Shown here: positions 8,862 to 18,231 of the stretch, piece by piece
Numbering within the stretch: the first letter of the stretch is position 1
Layout of the letters: each line of letters opens with the position of its first letter
DNA from: an uncultured virus (IMG/VR IMGVR_UViG_3300027805_000001)
Lineage: Duplodnaviria; Heunggongvirae; Uroviricota; Caudoviricetes
Reading direction: 5' to 3' (one strand)
Length of the DNA stretch: 64,000 nucleotides
IMG/VR virus record: IMGVR_UViG_3300027805_000001
Program-made: the position numbers and the translations under genes
Notes under the pieces: model-generated
The model's database searches: none
Told to the model about the DNA's origin: nothing
The model's input: only the letters and a program-made list of their open reading frames with translations

Positions 8862-9434
8862 TTACAATCTGCCTTGCTCGATTAAATGAAGCTGAAGAAC
8901 TACAACAAGACTATACGCTAAACTGTGACTGCGTTTGAAAGAATATCCGTCATCATCTTTTGCGTACAGTACTTTCCTGCACGCGTCTCTTTCTTTCATG
9001 TATAACCCAAGAAGCGTTTTCTTTCCGGGTCTAATCAGAGCCATGCAATCAGCAAGCTCCTCGATACTTTTTGGTTTAATCTTCTGTAGCAGCTCTCCAT
9101 GCTTCGCCAACTGAAAGAGCTTTGGCCAAGTAGATGGAAGCTGCAGCAGAGTCCAGTCTGGTTCCTTCTTCAGTAGCTCTTCAATCTCAAGTCGGCTTTT
9201 AAAGTGCTCGTACACGTTAAGATGAAGCAAGTCAACCTTAAGGTACCCAAGCTCCTCAGCTTCCTCATACGGAATAGCTGCAAGCCCGGTGTAAGGATCT
9301 ACAGCCATCTTCTGCGGATATACGCCAACAGGATGCGCGGTTAGCTTACCATCACGAACAACTGATGCCTGCACCCACTTAGGAAAGTAATCTTTTGCTT
9401 TAAAAGACGGGGTTACGTCGATGTCAATGTCCAT
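8862..9434 (-). CDS. DNA polymerase III alpha (DnaE)-like, C-terminal catalytic half
   Basis: MDIDID (PDIDxD), HPVGVY, KVDLLHL (KxDxLGL), LFQL, ALIRPG, YSFKRSHSLAY (YxFNKSHxxAY). Confidence 0.85.
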   Translation of the reverse strand: MDIDIDVTPSFKAKDYFPKWVQASVVRDGKLTAHPVGVYPQKMAVDPYTGLAAIPYEEAEELGYLKVDLLHLNVYEHFKSRLEIEELLKKEPDWTLLQLPSTWPKLFQLAKHGELLQKIKPKSIEELADCMALIRPGKKTLLGLYMKERDACRKVLYAKDDDGYSFKRSHSLAYSLVVVLQLHLIEQGRL

Positions 9435-9696
9435 TCTCTTTACCCCAGGAAATAATGTCCTTCAGCAGCACGGTGTAGCTGTCATAGGAGTTACTGTTGT
9501 CAGTATAGCTGATCTGTACCGCGTAGTCCTCAATCTCCATTCGGTCCCAGTCCTCCTTTGACAGCCCCTCTTCCTTTATCCAAACCCTCCAAGACATCAG
9601 GTCAAAGTGCGAGTAGTGAAAGTTATAGGTGCCATTTCGACCATGGTAGGCCTCAATAAGCTTCTCAAGCTCCTCAACGTTCTTCAGGTGGTCCAC
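9424..9696 (-). CDS. hypothetical protein
   Basis: 90-aa ORF in operon. Confidence 0.6.
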   Translation of the reverse strand: MDHLKNVEELEKLIEAYHGRNGTYNFHYSHFDLMSWRVWIKEEGLSKEDWDRMEIEDYAVQISYTDNSNSYDSYTVLLKDIISWGKENGH

Positions 9697-9898
9697 AGTC
9701 TCGTGCCCTCTTCATTTGTGATAACACACCAGGAATTGATTGTTTCCATTTTAAACCAGAAGTTGGGTCATCAGTTTCGCATAACAAGGTTGGGTAGAGT
9801 CCCATACGCACCGCGTTAATGTTAAGCAGAATGTTGAAGAAGATCTTGGAGTAGAAAACTCGTTCTTCTCTGTCTGCATTACGAAATGGTTCAGTCAT
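9674..9898 (-). CDS. hypothetical protein
   Basis: 74-aa ORF. Confidence 0.45.
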   Translation of the reverse strand: MTEPFRNADREERVFYSKIFFNILLNINAVRMGLYPTLLCETDDPTSGLKWKQSIPGVLSQMKRARDCGPPEER

Positions 9899-9914
9899 AT
9901 AACTTCACGTAGTT

Positions 9915-10664
9915 TCATAGTCCAACTTCCTTTGCAGCTGCTGCAAACTCACGAAAGAGCGTTGCTTCTTGATTGATGCGCTCAAGCACCGCACCGGCAT
10001 TGAGGGCACCCTGGAGTCGTTCCTTGTCAATTTCAGGTAGGGAACGCAGGTAGTCTCTAAACTTCGCAGATGCCATCAGCAGCCAAAAGCTAACTTTCCG
10101 TCGCGCAATCAGATCCTCAAGTGTATCAACTCCAATTGCTGGGAAGATGTCACCAAGTGGTATCTTGAGCTCGACTGAGAGGTCCTCTAGCTGCTGTAGG
10201 CTGTCGGTGAACTGCTGGAGAGGTGTAACTGCTTCATCGTAGGAGCGAAGATAGACGCTATAGACTTTGTCCCGGCACCAAAGCTCAGGTGGAACCCTGT
10301 TCTTCTTATCACCAGCAGTCATCAGGTCAATGTAGCGTTTGACGTTAGGAAGCTTGACCTTAATTGCAAACTCAGCAAAGCGCTTGAAGGCCGCGTAGTA
10401 GCGGCTCTGACCAAATGTATCAAGTCCAGGCACGCTGTGCTTCTGGCACTTCATCCAATAGGAGTAGTAGCTGTAGGCTGCCTGACCAATCGGGCTTCGA
10501 AGCTCTTCATGTCGCTGCTTCTCCTTGCAGAAGTGGTTCATGAACGCCTTCTCGGAGACAAAGTCACGCGTGCAGAAGGAGCACTTCCAAGATGCACGCG
10601 GTGCCGACGTCTCAACCGGATTTCGCCGACTTGCTGCTTGGTTTCTTAGCTCTTCCCGCGTCAT
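9915..10664 (-). CDS. zinc-finger-containing replication-cluster protein
   Basis: CSFC...HFC C2HC finger; directly downstream of clamp loader genes. Confidence 0.7.
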   Translation of the reverse strand: MTREELRNQAASRRNPVETSAPRASWKCSFCTRDFVSEKAFMNHFCKEKQRHEELRSPIGQAAYSYYSYWMKCQKHSVPGLDTFGQSRYYAAFKRFAEFAIKVKLPNVKRYIDLMTAGDKKNRVPPELWCRDKVYSVYLRSYDEAVTPLQQFTDSLQQLEDLSVELKIPLGDIFPAIGVDTLEDLIARRKVSFWLLMASAKFRDYLRSLPEIDKERLQGALNAGAVLERINQEATLFREFAAAAKEVGL

Positions 10665-11118
10665 CCTTCTCTACCTCTGCTTTTAGCTTCTTGAGTTGGT
10701 CGTTGTCCCACCCTAGCTCTTCTGCCATTGTAATCAAATCATCAGGCTCGATGGGCTGAAGTTCTGCTTCACGGGTTGACCAACCGTAGTACTGCTTGGT
10801 AACCTCAAGAGATAGCTTGTTGCTGGTGCCGCCTGGTGCCTTCAGCCAGTAGTAACGCTTGAGCTTGTGGGTAGTAGCTGCAGCAAGCAGCTTGAAGAGC
10901 AGCGCCTTCTCCTGCCCTAGGGAAAATGCATACGGGTTGACAAACGTATTTAGTCTGACGATCTGCGCAGGGTCTGAGGTACCTGCAAGCCAGCGCATGA
11001 TGACGAACGGCGCGGCCGCCTTCTTGCCATCGTCAGACAGCTTGTCATACCAGTTGAGGTCACCTGCCGTCAGGCTGTCAAGACCTGCGAAGAGGTCGAA
11101 GGCGTCTCGGTCAGCCAC
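10612..11118 (-). CDS. putative clamp loader small subunit (gp62-like)
   Basis: PFVIMRWL...N...YYWLK...YYGWSTREA pattern; adjacent to clamp loader ATPase. Confidence 0.65.
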   Translation of the reverse strand: MADRDAFDLFAGLDSLTAGDLNWYDKLSDDGKKAAAPFVIMRWLAGTSDPAQIVRLNTFVNPYAFSLGQEKALLFKLLAAATTHKLKRYYWLKAPGGTSNKLSLEVTKQYYGWSTREAELQPIEPDDLITMAEELGWDNDQLKKLKAEVEKDDAGRAKKPSSKSAKSG

Positions 11119-11413
11119 GGTAGTCGTCCCTAATCCAGCCTAGCACGGACCACTGCACCACAATGAACAGCTCGCCCTGTCTTTCATGACCTTTCTGGTA
11201 GATTGTATCACTCACCTGCTCGATGAGGAGCGGGTGTTGAGGATCATCAAGCTTGACACCGTGCTCCTTGAGGAAGGCGATGAGCTCCTCTCGGCTGTAG
11301 AAGGGCATGCCTTCATGAGCAGACGGAATGAGCTTAGGGGTGAGAACGATAGAAGGGTTGAAGTCAAAGACCTTGCGCCACATGCCGATGTCGCGTGGGA
11401 AAAAGATGATCAT
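11111..11413 (-). CDS. hypothetical protein
   Basis: 100-aa ORF overlapping both neighbours. Confidence 0.65.
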   Translation of the reverse strand: MIIFFPRDIGMWRKVFDFNPSIVLTPKLIPSAHEGMPFYSREELIAFLKEHGVKLDDPQHPLLIEQVSDTIYQKGHERQGELFIVVQWSVLGWIRDDYRG

Positions 11414-12324
11414 AGCGCGCCCAGCTCCACAAAGAGAGCTGCGATCTGAAGCTCTCCATCTGACACGAAGCCGTGCTGGTACTGGTACTGCGCGATGAGC
11501 ACCACTGCCTGGTCTTCCTTACCCTTGAGCTTACTGATCTTGGTGACGTGGTCATAGAGGAAGCGATACACCTCTTGAAGCTCTTCCTTGTTCGCCTTCT
11601 CGCACACCAGCTTGCGTGCTGTCTTGAAGTCACCGGTCTCGAGGATAGGCAGCAGCTCCAGCTTCCAGTCGGCGGCACCTTCACCGCTGCCCAAGACCAG
11701 CTGACCGCTCGTACTGTTCTGCTCCAGCAACTGGATGATCTTGCGGAAGTCGGGATAGGCAACGTCAATCACCTTCACCACGTCCTCAGGGTCAAACTTT
11801 ACGCTCTGCTTCTCAAGAATCTCAATGCACCGCTCGAACACCAGCTCAACGTTGGGCGCGCTGAACTGATACTCCTGGAAACGGGAGCGCAGCGGCGGGG
11901 TGACCTTGTTGATGTAGTTGCAGGTAGCGATGAAGCGACAGGTGTCAGGAGCCTCATCAATCAGTGCACGCAGAAGGGCCTGCGCGTCGAGGGACAGGTG
12001 ATCAAACTCCTCAAGCTGCACGACCTTGTAGGTGCCGATCGGGTAGGTGAAGGCAAAGCCTTTCACCTTGTCGCGCATTGCGTCGATCTTCTCATCAGAG
12101 CAGTTGATACGCAGGATGTCAAGGCTGTCCACGCCAGTAGTGTGACACAGCGCGTGAGACACAGACGTCTTGCCGGTGCCAGGGCGGCCATAAAGGAGAA
12201 GGTTTGGAAATGAACGTTCAGCTGCATATCGCTGAAATGCGCTCCTTACCTTTTCATCAGCGAAGATGACCCTGTCAATGGTTACAGGCTTAGACGCTAC
12301 GATCCACGGTTTCTTCTTCAACAT
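11410..12324 (-). CDS. clamp loader ATPase subunit (gp44/RFC-like)
   Basis: Walker A GRPGTGKT, Walker B LEEFD, FIATCNY, LRSRF, PDFRK. Confidence 0.92.
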   Translation of the reverse strand: MLKKKPWIVASKPVTIDRVIFADEKVRSAFQRYAAERSFPNLLLYGRPGTGKTSVSHALCHTTGVDSLDILRINCSDEKIDAMRDKVKGFAFTYPIGTYKVVQLEEFDHLSLDAQALLRALIDEAPDTCRFIATCNYINKVTPPLRSRFQEYQFSAPNVELVFERCIEILEKQSVKFDPEDVVKVIDVAYPDFRKIIQLLEQNSTSGQLVLGSGEGAADWKLELLPILETGDFKTARKLVCEKANKEELQEVYRFLYDHVTKISKLKGKEDQAVVLIAQYQYQHGFVSDGELQIAALFVELGAL

Positions 12325-12382
12325 GCTTGCTCCGCTATTGGCACAGTAACATTATATGCCAATGGATTAGCTGCGGTAGCTT

Positions 12383-13369
12383 TTACTTTGATTGGGATCC
12401 AGATCGATAGACACCTGTTTTATACCCAATCTCTCCATTATCCTGCATCTTTACCGTAGGGTCAGGTCTAACTATGCCAAGCGTAGACTTTGTAATTTCT
12501 CCAGGTTCTTCTTTTTGCTGCGCGCCTTCATCTTCGCGTGGCAGTCTAATTTGATTGTCTGCAATTTCGTTGTATGTTTTTGCCACAGGTCCATCATGCT
12601 CTTGGCCAATGGGCTGGACAAGTTTTTCGTGCTGAATGTCATTTGGCGCATTAAGATCATCCGTCGATAGCTCAACAGCTGTTGATTGCGCCTTCTTACG
12701 TTCAAGTAGGAAATTTCCAGCAACGATGAGGAAAACTGCAAGCGGGTCAAACACGAAGATGATCATGAGGATAACCCACTTCACCGCTTCTTCTACGGTG
12801 ATGCCAAAGGCCTTGGCGATATAAAGAATTGGACCAGCTTTAGCTTCAGAGTTAATCTGGCTGATCTTGAGAGTTGGCAGCTCCTTATCAATTTCAGCAA
12901 GACGGGCAGTTACAGCTGACTGTTCTGACTTAAATTGATTTATCATGCGTACGCGCTGCGCTGCGGTAAATCTTTCTGGGAGAGAAGCAATTTGCTGGTC
13001 GATCTGTTCCTTGCGCTTTTGAAGTCGAGCCTGTTCCTCTTTTAGAACCTCTACCTTCAGCGCGTTCTCCTGTGTACCAACTATTGCCTTCTGAAATTCT
13101 CCAGATAGGTACCCAGCAGCACCAGCCGAGGTGATGACCATAGTGACAAATGCTGCTAACAGCCCGTACACCTTCATCAACTTACTTAGCTGCGCCCAGT
13201 ACTTATACAACAAGGCAACCACAACAAGCTTGCCCACATCAAGCGCAACGGCCAACGCGATGATGATTGGGTTTGACCCAAAAAGCGTGCTCAACCCGAT
13301 AACTGAAACTATGGTTCCAATAGTCTCAATCGATAGCGCTGCAATAAATGTTAGTGCGATGAAGAGCAT
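12383..13369 (-). CDS. membrane protein with coiled coil
   Basis: Several N-terminal TM helices, coiled coil, IIFVFDPLAV helix. Confidence 0.75.
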   Translation of the reverse strand: MLFIALTFIAALSIETIGTIVSVIGLSTLFGSNPIIIALAVALDVGKLVVVALLYKYWAQLSKLMKVYGLLAAFVTMVITSAGAAGYLSGEFQKAIVGTQENALKVEVLKEEQARLQKRKEQIDQQIASLPERFTAAQRVRMINQFKSEQSAVTARLAEIDKELPTLKISQINSEAKAGPILYIAKAFGITVEEAVKWVILMIIFVFDPLAVFLIVAGNFLLERKKAQSTAVELSTDDLNAPNDIQHEKLVQPIGQEHDGPVAKTYNEIADNQIRLPREDEGAQQKEEPGEITKSTLGIVRPDPTVKMQDNGEIGYKTGVYRSGSQSK

Positions 13370-13978
13370 TTAAACAAACTCATCTTGTCCAGGAGAACCG
13401 TACCAATCAATTAACACCTGGCCTTCTTCTTGACCAAGCAAATTTTTGCCAGGTATTGAAAAAGGAGCTACATCCTCAATCAGAACCGCATCTCGTTGTC
13501 CTACTTCGTCTAGACCCTTGATAGGCTCAGTCGTTCCATCTGGATGAACTGCTGAAAGCTTAATCATTCCACGCTTAGCTAGAGCAGAAATAAGCTGGGC
13601 TCCACCTTTGAACACTGCGTCACTGCTGTCAATCATAACAGGGGCATCCAATTGTTCCTTAACGGCGTGCAATAGCATTGGCACAGCTTTTGTTCCTCTG
13701 AATTTATCAGTGAAGTAAATGAAGTCTACGCCAAATACTTTTCGACCGTCCAGATCACGGGGCTTTAACCCTATCCAGCCAGCTACTTCATCAGCTGCCT
13801 GGATGAAGTAGAAGTCACCCAAAAATTTAACCTGCTTCTTCCAGACTGAATATCTTCCAACTAGTTCCTTGACTAGCTCGGCGCCATTCTTGAGAAAGTC
13901 AGAAGTTTCTTTTAGTTCAGCTGCTGTTCCTGGGCGATAGTCTATAAAGCTTCTATTGACGATTTCTTGGAGCTTCAT
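13370..13978 (-). CDS. GNAT-like protein with MKLQEI leader
   Basis: DFIYFTDKFRGTKAV resembles GNAT motif A; ATG overlaps GroES stop. Confidence 0.5.
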   Translation of the reverse strand: MKLQEIVNRSFIDYRPGTAAELKETSDFLKNGAELVKELVGRYSVWKKQVKFLGDFYFIQAADEVAGWIGLKPRDLDGRKVFGVDFIYFTDKFRGTKAVPMLLHAVKEQLDAPVMIDSSDAVFKGGAQLISALAKRGMIKLSAVHPDGTTEPIKGLDEVGQRDAVLIEDVAPFSIPGKNLLGQEEGQVLIDWYGSPGQDEFV

Positions 13979-14307
13979 AGGGCTTGCGACTGACACGCGG
14001 AAATATCATCTGCAACAGCGAGCACCTTTGTGTCGTCGGTTTTCCAAACCTTCTCAGTTTCGCTGAGCTTGACACCTTCCATCCACATCAGAGCCTCAAT
14101 GAGGATGTAGTCACCAGGTGACACGCCGTCAACCTTGGGGCCAACAGCAACAACCTTGCCCCAGCGATGAACTTTTTGGGTGTTTGTAGTCTTTGGAATT
14201 ATGAACATTCCGTGTTTTTCTACGAAAGCTCCTTGTTTTCCTGTCGTCTCATCTAGGAATTTAAACAGAATATAGTTGTTGAGTGGTTTAACCTGCATTT
14301 TTATCAC
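13975..14307 (-). CDS. groES: GroES-like co-chaperonin
   Basis: VKPLNNYIL...GKVVAVGPKVDGVSPGDYIL...VLAV. Confidence 0.8.
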   Translation of the reverse strand: MIKMQVKPLNNYILFKFLDETTGKQGAFVEKHGMFIIPKTTNTQKVHRWGKVVAVGPKVDGVSPGDYILIEALMWMEGVKLSETEKVWKTDDTKVLAVADDISACQSQAL

Positions 14308-14537
14308 TTCTTCTTAATGTTTTTAGCCTGACCAGCACTTTCTTCAGCGGCGCTCTTTGCTATTTCTAGCATGTCAAGGTCTGCAGCAACACGTGGTTTT
14401 ACCCCATCTTTTTCATCGATGGCAATTTTACGTTCCTCTACGGGCTTAGGAACTGGCGCAGATGCGAGCTGCGCCTTTATAGCAAGAAGCTCGAAGTCTA
14501 CAATTTCACCCCGAGCACTTCGAACAAGTTTTGGCAT
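14304..14537 (-). CDS. hypothetical protein
   Basis: MPKLVRSARGEIVDF; GGAG RBS; TAAATA at 14581. Confidence 0.7.
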   Translation of the reverse strand: MPKLVRSARGEIVDFELLAIKAQLASAPVPKPVEERKIAIDEKDGVKPRVAADLDMLEIAKSAAEESAGQAKNIKKK

Positions 14538-14616
14538 TGAACTCTCCAAGAATTTTAATTGAGCCCTTACATAGGCTTCTTATTTACTCAATATTTTTCG
14601 TTAAAATACCAGGTTG

Positions 14617-15171
14617 TTAGTCGTGGAAGAATTCAGTAAGAGGTATTTCAAATTTTACACAGTCAACACAGTGTAGACCAATCAAAAACAGAACATACGA
14701 GGCACAAGATGAACCTCGTCCAACTCCCCAGACCACACCCTTTTCTCTAAATGTGTCAACTATGTAGATAATTGTCCGAAGAAGTTCTACCATTCCTCGC
14801 CGCTCAAACTCAGCCAGTTCAGCCACAATACGTTCTAGCGAGGCATCGTACTGTTGTTGACTGTACTCGGCGTACAGCTCTTCGGTTCTTTTTTCGTAGA
14901 TTTCACCGATTTTCGCGTAAATGTCAAGCTGTTGATAGTAGGGAGGAAGTTGCCACTCAAAGTTTATGTTGATTGGGCCAATCCCCTGAACCTTAAGCTG
15001 ATCATCTACGTTCTGATTAAACAGCTCAATGTCTGGCGTAATATGAGTTAAGCGCAGTTCAGATGGTTTAACTCCCCGCAACAGGGCAGCCACCACCTCC
15101 TCTGGGGAGATGATGGATACCCCGTCAAAGCGAAGAATTCTGTCTTCTAGATCAACTGATAGTGATTTCAT
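14617..15171 (-). CDS. DNA polymerase III alpha (DnaE)-like, N-terminal half
   Basis: RIVAEL...VWGVGRGSSCASYVLFLIGLHCVDCVKFEIPLTEFF matches DnaE GxGRGSAAGSLVxYxLGITxxDPxxYxLLFERF. Confidence 0.85.
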   Translation of the reverse strand: MKSLSVDLEDRILRFDGVSIISPEEVVAALLRGVKPSELRLTHITPDIELFNQNVDDQLKVQGIGPININFEWQLPPYYQQLDIYAKIGEIYEKRTEELYAEYSQQQYDASLERIVAELAEFERRGMVELLRTIIYIVDTFREKGVVWGVGRGSSCASYVLFLIGLHCVDCVKFEIPLTEFFHD

Positions 15172-15472
15172 CAGCAAGAGAACCTAGGATGCTCGCACCC
15201 GCCAGTATCTTTGTAGCTAGCATCTCTTCGTCAGTTTGACTATGAGCTTCAAGGCGCGAGCGCGCAAATTTCACTAGCACGGTCATTGGGACATCTGTGA
15301 ATGGATACTCGCAGTAGAACTGTACATCACCCCAGTTTCCAGTGCTGATGAACGACTTGAGACTATCAAGGTGTTCCTTATTGGAAGGATCAAAGTTCTG
15401 CCGATTGACGCTCGCTCGGCGCAGAATGGTAGATTTGTTCAGAAAGTCGCTGGTGTCAACAAAGTCAGGCAT
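15152..15472 (-). CDS. hypothetical protein
   Basis: 106-aa ORF in operon. Confidence 0.7.
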   Translation of the reverse strand: MPDFVDTSDFLNKSTILRRASVNRQNFDPSNKEHLDSLKSFISTGNWGDVQFYCEYPFTDVPMTVLVKFARSRLEAHSQTDEEMLATKILAGASILGSLADEITIS

Positions 15473-15486
15473 AAAAGTCCCATTGA

Positions 15487-16371
15487 TTAGAAGAAAGAAG
15501 AAACGTAGCCACCGTCGTCAACCTGCGGCTTCTTTTCAGGAGTGGATGGGCGTTCTACGGGAACACCATCCTCAAGTGAGATGCCAGCGGCCGCAAGCGC
15601 CGCTGCGACGTCATTAACGAGGAGAGGCTCATTCACCATTGGACCTTGGACAGGTGGAACTACCGGCTGTTGGACCAGTGTAGGACCTTGCACTACTGGA
15701 ACTGCTGTGGGCTCCACCAGAGTGGAGCCCTGAGCCGGCGCAGGCTTTCCTGCAACCGCAGCGAGGGTTCGAAGCCGCGAAACTTCGGCCCTTGACGATT
15801 GGTCGAGCAGAGGTGACTTAGGTTCTGGTTGAACGGGAGGCGCAACTGATCGCTCAGGTACGCGCGTCGAGTTTGGTGAGGCTCCATCAACCTCAGCTTG
15901 CACCAGCTGATCAACTGCCACGCCACGCTTCAGCAGGAAGTCGATTCCCTCACGATCACGGTAGAGCTCTCGGAAAACGACCCGCTTGATCTTTGCCTGC
16001 TTGATGAGCTTCGCGCATTCCTTACACGGAGACATTGTGACGTAGAGGGTGGCGCCTTGAGCCCCGACACCACCGTTCTCGGCGATCTTGGCAAGGGCAT
16101 TGCTCTCAGCGTGAAGAACTTCAGACTTTGTCCGCAGGACCGGTGTCAGCGTTGGGTCGTCTGTCCTAACCGCCCAGGTTTCACAGGTGTCGTCCTCATC
16201 TCCAGCCGGCATGCCATTGTAGCCGTCAGAGATGATCTGCTTGTCCTTGACTATGAGGGCGCCGACCTGCTTACGGTTGGCTTTGGACCGCTTCGCCCAG
16301 ACCTCAGCCATCTGCATGTAGGCTTCGTCTAGATCGATGCGGTTCGGATTGATGGTAATTAGCTTGTTCAT
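15487..16371 (-). CDS. dCMP deaminase with long low-complexity C-terminal tail
   Basis: GYNG, HAESNA, TMSPCKECAK zinc deaminase motifs. Confidence 0.92.
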   Translation of the reverse strand: MNKLITINPNRIDLDEAYMQMAEVWAKRSKANRKQVGALIVKDKQIISDGYNGMPAGDEDDTCETWAVRTDDPTLTPVLRTKSEVLHAESNALAKIAENGGVGAQGATLYVTMSPCKECAKLIKQAKIKRVVFRELYRDREGIDFLLKRGVAVDQLVQAEVDGASPNSTRVPERSVAPPVQPEPKSPLLDQSSRAEVSRLRTLAAVAGKPAPAQGSTLVEPTAVPVVQGPTLVQQPVVPPVQGPMVNEPLLVNDVAAALAAAGISLEDGVPVERPSTPEKKPQVDDGGYVSSFF

Positions 16372-16379
16372 ATTTTATT

Positions 16380-17093
16380 TTACAACAGATCACCAAACTT
16401 TGCACCACGAGAAGTAAGGACGAAGGTGCTGCCTGCTTCAGGAGAGATCCACTTGATCTTCGCGTACACGAAGACCCTCTTTCCTGCTTGCTGCTTTTGC
16501 AGCGCAACTTCATGCCACTCCCGGCGCCCAGTCTTGATGTTGCAACGGCGACCGTAGTGGGTATCAAGCGTGATCTTGAAGAACATACCGTAGACGCCAC
16601 GAATTTCTTCAGACTTGATAACGGTACAAAAGAGCTTGACGTTATCACCCTCCTTGAGCTTAGGCCAGGCTTCCGCCTTTGTGGCCAGTTCACGACGGCG
16701 CCGCACTTTCTTAAGGAGCAGCTGCAGCTGCTTCTGGGAGAGCCACCCTCGGCTCTGGAACTGCTGCTTGACGGAGTGCAGCCACTCGTTGGTCACCAGC
16801 TGCAGACCATTCTCCAAGACCTTGGAAGAGGGCTCGTTGATGGCCTCCTGGAAGTCGACCCAGTCCTGTTCAGACATGGTAGCCTTGAAGTCATCACGGT
16901 GCTTCTGCTGCTCTGCCTTCCAGGCTTGCCGCTGGGATTCACGCTCAGCCGCCTTGGCTTGCAAAGCAGCTTGCTTCTTAGCTTCATTGCGCGCTCGGGT
17001 TTCAGCCTTGCGAGCTTCACGACGGGCCAGGACTTCGGCTTGACGCGCTGCTTTGGCAGCAAGCTTCTCTTCGAAGGTTAGGTGTTGGCGCAT
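16380..17093 (-). CDS. hypothetical protein (coiled coil plus possible OB-like C-terminus)
   Basis: ATG 6 nt after TATAAT; Ala/Lys/Arg-rich N-terminus. Confidence 0.7.
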   Translation of the reverse strand: MRQHLTFEEKLAAKAARQAEVLARREARKAETRARNEAKKQAALQAKAAERESQRQAWKAEQQKHRDDFKATMSEQDWVDFQEAINEPSSKVLENGLQLVTNEWLHSVKQQFQSRGWLSQKQLQLLLKKVRRRRELATKAEAWPKLKEGDNVKLFCTVIKSEEIRGVYGMFFKITLDTHYGRRCNIKTGRREWHEVALQKQQAGKRVFVYAKIKWISPEAGSTFVLTSRGAKFGDLL

Positions 17094-17099
17094 GAGTGC

Positions 17100-17128
17100 A
17101 TTATACACTCAACCTGACATTTGTACAC
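17100..17128 (-). promoter_or_regulatory. early promoter, probably leaderless
   Basis: GTGTACA-N16-TATAAT-GCACTC-ATG. Confidence 0.8.
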
Positions 17129-17181
17129 ACTTTTATAGGTTACAAAGTAACAAGTTTGCGTGTAATAAGTTTACGCTAAAA

Positions 17182-17616
17182 TTAGTCTTTTGGTGGCTTT
17201 AGCGATGGATTTTCTGCAAATTCATCCGAACTTGAGATTCTCGCTTCAGCGGGCTGTCTCACGCTAAATTCCTTGTACTGATATTTAGCAGTCACGTACT
17301 TACTAAACCCTTCAACACCGCCCACGTATGCAAGATATATTCCCAGAATTGCGTCAGTTAATCCACCGGTTAATGTCAGCTTTATCATTATCCATGTTGC
17401 CGTCAATCCACCAATTAACTGAAGGACCTTTGTAAGTGAAACAGTTTGACCATCCTTGGTTATCATATCGGCAAAATCAAGTTTCTGCGATCTTTGAATT
17501 CTCCAAAAAAGAAACAAGATTCCAGCAACAAGAACAATAAATGCCATTGCCATTAAGTTGACTTGATGACCAAATACGTCAAAAACTATATTGGATAAAG
17601 TTTGCTGTGATGACAT
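17182..17616 (-). CDS. membrane protein, holin candidate
   Basis: Three TM segments; late TAAATA at 17645-17650. Confidence 0.5.
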   Translation of the reverse strand: MSSQQTLSNIVFDVFGHQVNLMAMAFIVLVAGILFLFWRIQRSQKLDFADMITKDGQTVSLTKVLQLIGGLTATWIMIKLTLTGGLTDAILGIYLAYVGGVEGFSKYVTAKYQYKEFSVRQPAEARISSSDEFAENPSLKPPKD

Positions 17617-17672
17617 TTCGTACCTAGATTAATCTACTGAATAGTATTTATGAATATCACTCCCGAAAACAG

Positions 17673-17697
17673 GAAAGCCACCTTTAAGGTGGCTTTC
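17673..17697. terminator. stem-loop terminator
   Basis: GAAAGCCACCTT-T-AAGGTGGCTTTC inverted repeat downstream of nrd operon. Confidence 0.7.
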
Positions 17698-17750
17698 AAA
17701 TTAGGGCGCCTATTTAGCAACTAATGCTATTAATCTTGGCTAGTGGATTG

Positions 17751-17969
17751 TCACGCCATTGAAATGGTTACGATGATTACCCATATTGCTGTTAACAGCC
17801 AAGATACCAATGTCATCCTAAAAAGGAGGAGTTCCACATCAGTGTTGTGGTCTGAAAATGAGAGGTCCTCTTTAGCCTTGTACCTCCTAAAGGAAACAGT
17901 TAGCCTATGCGCAAGTGCAACAGTTAAGCACACGGTTATGACAACCAACAGTACAAGAATTTCAAGCAC
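17751..17969 (-). CDS. small membrane protein
   Basis: Two TM helices. Confidence 0.55.
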   Translation of the reverse strand: MLEILVLLVVITVCLTVALAHRLTVSFRRYKAKEDLSFSDHNTDVELLLFRMTLVSWLLTAIWVIIVTISMA

Positions 17970-18222
17970 CTATCTGCTCCCTTAGTTCTACGAATCCACC
18001 GATTGGCTGGAAGTTACCATCCTTCACAAGGGCAATCTGTGGCATAGTGCGTGCACTTGGAAAAGTTTCTAGTACCTTTTCACGGGATACGTAGGTTTTT
18101 CCTTCAACTTTTGGTTGACCAACATCCATGATGAATTCTTTGAAAGGTAGGTTTTTAGCAGTCAGAAGTGCCTTTGCTTGGTCACAAAATGCACAGTTTG
18201 GTTTTGAGTAAATGTGAAACAC
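17962..18222 (-). CDS. nrdC: glutaredoxin
   Basis: CAFC active site, TMPQI, IGGF; follows nrdB. Confidence 0.9.
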   Translation of the reverse strand: MFHIYSKPNCAFCDQAKALLTAKNLPFKEFIMDVGQPKVEGKTYVSREKVLETFPSARTMPQIALVKDGNFQPIGGFVELREQIGA

Positions 18223-18231
18223 GAGTTCTCC

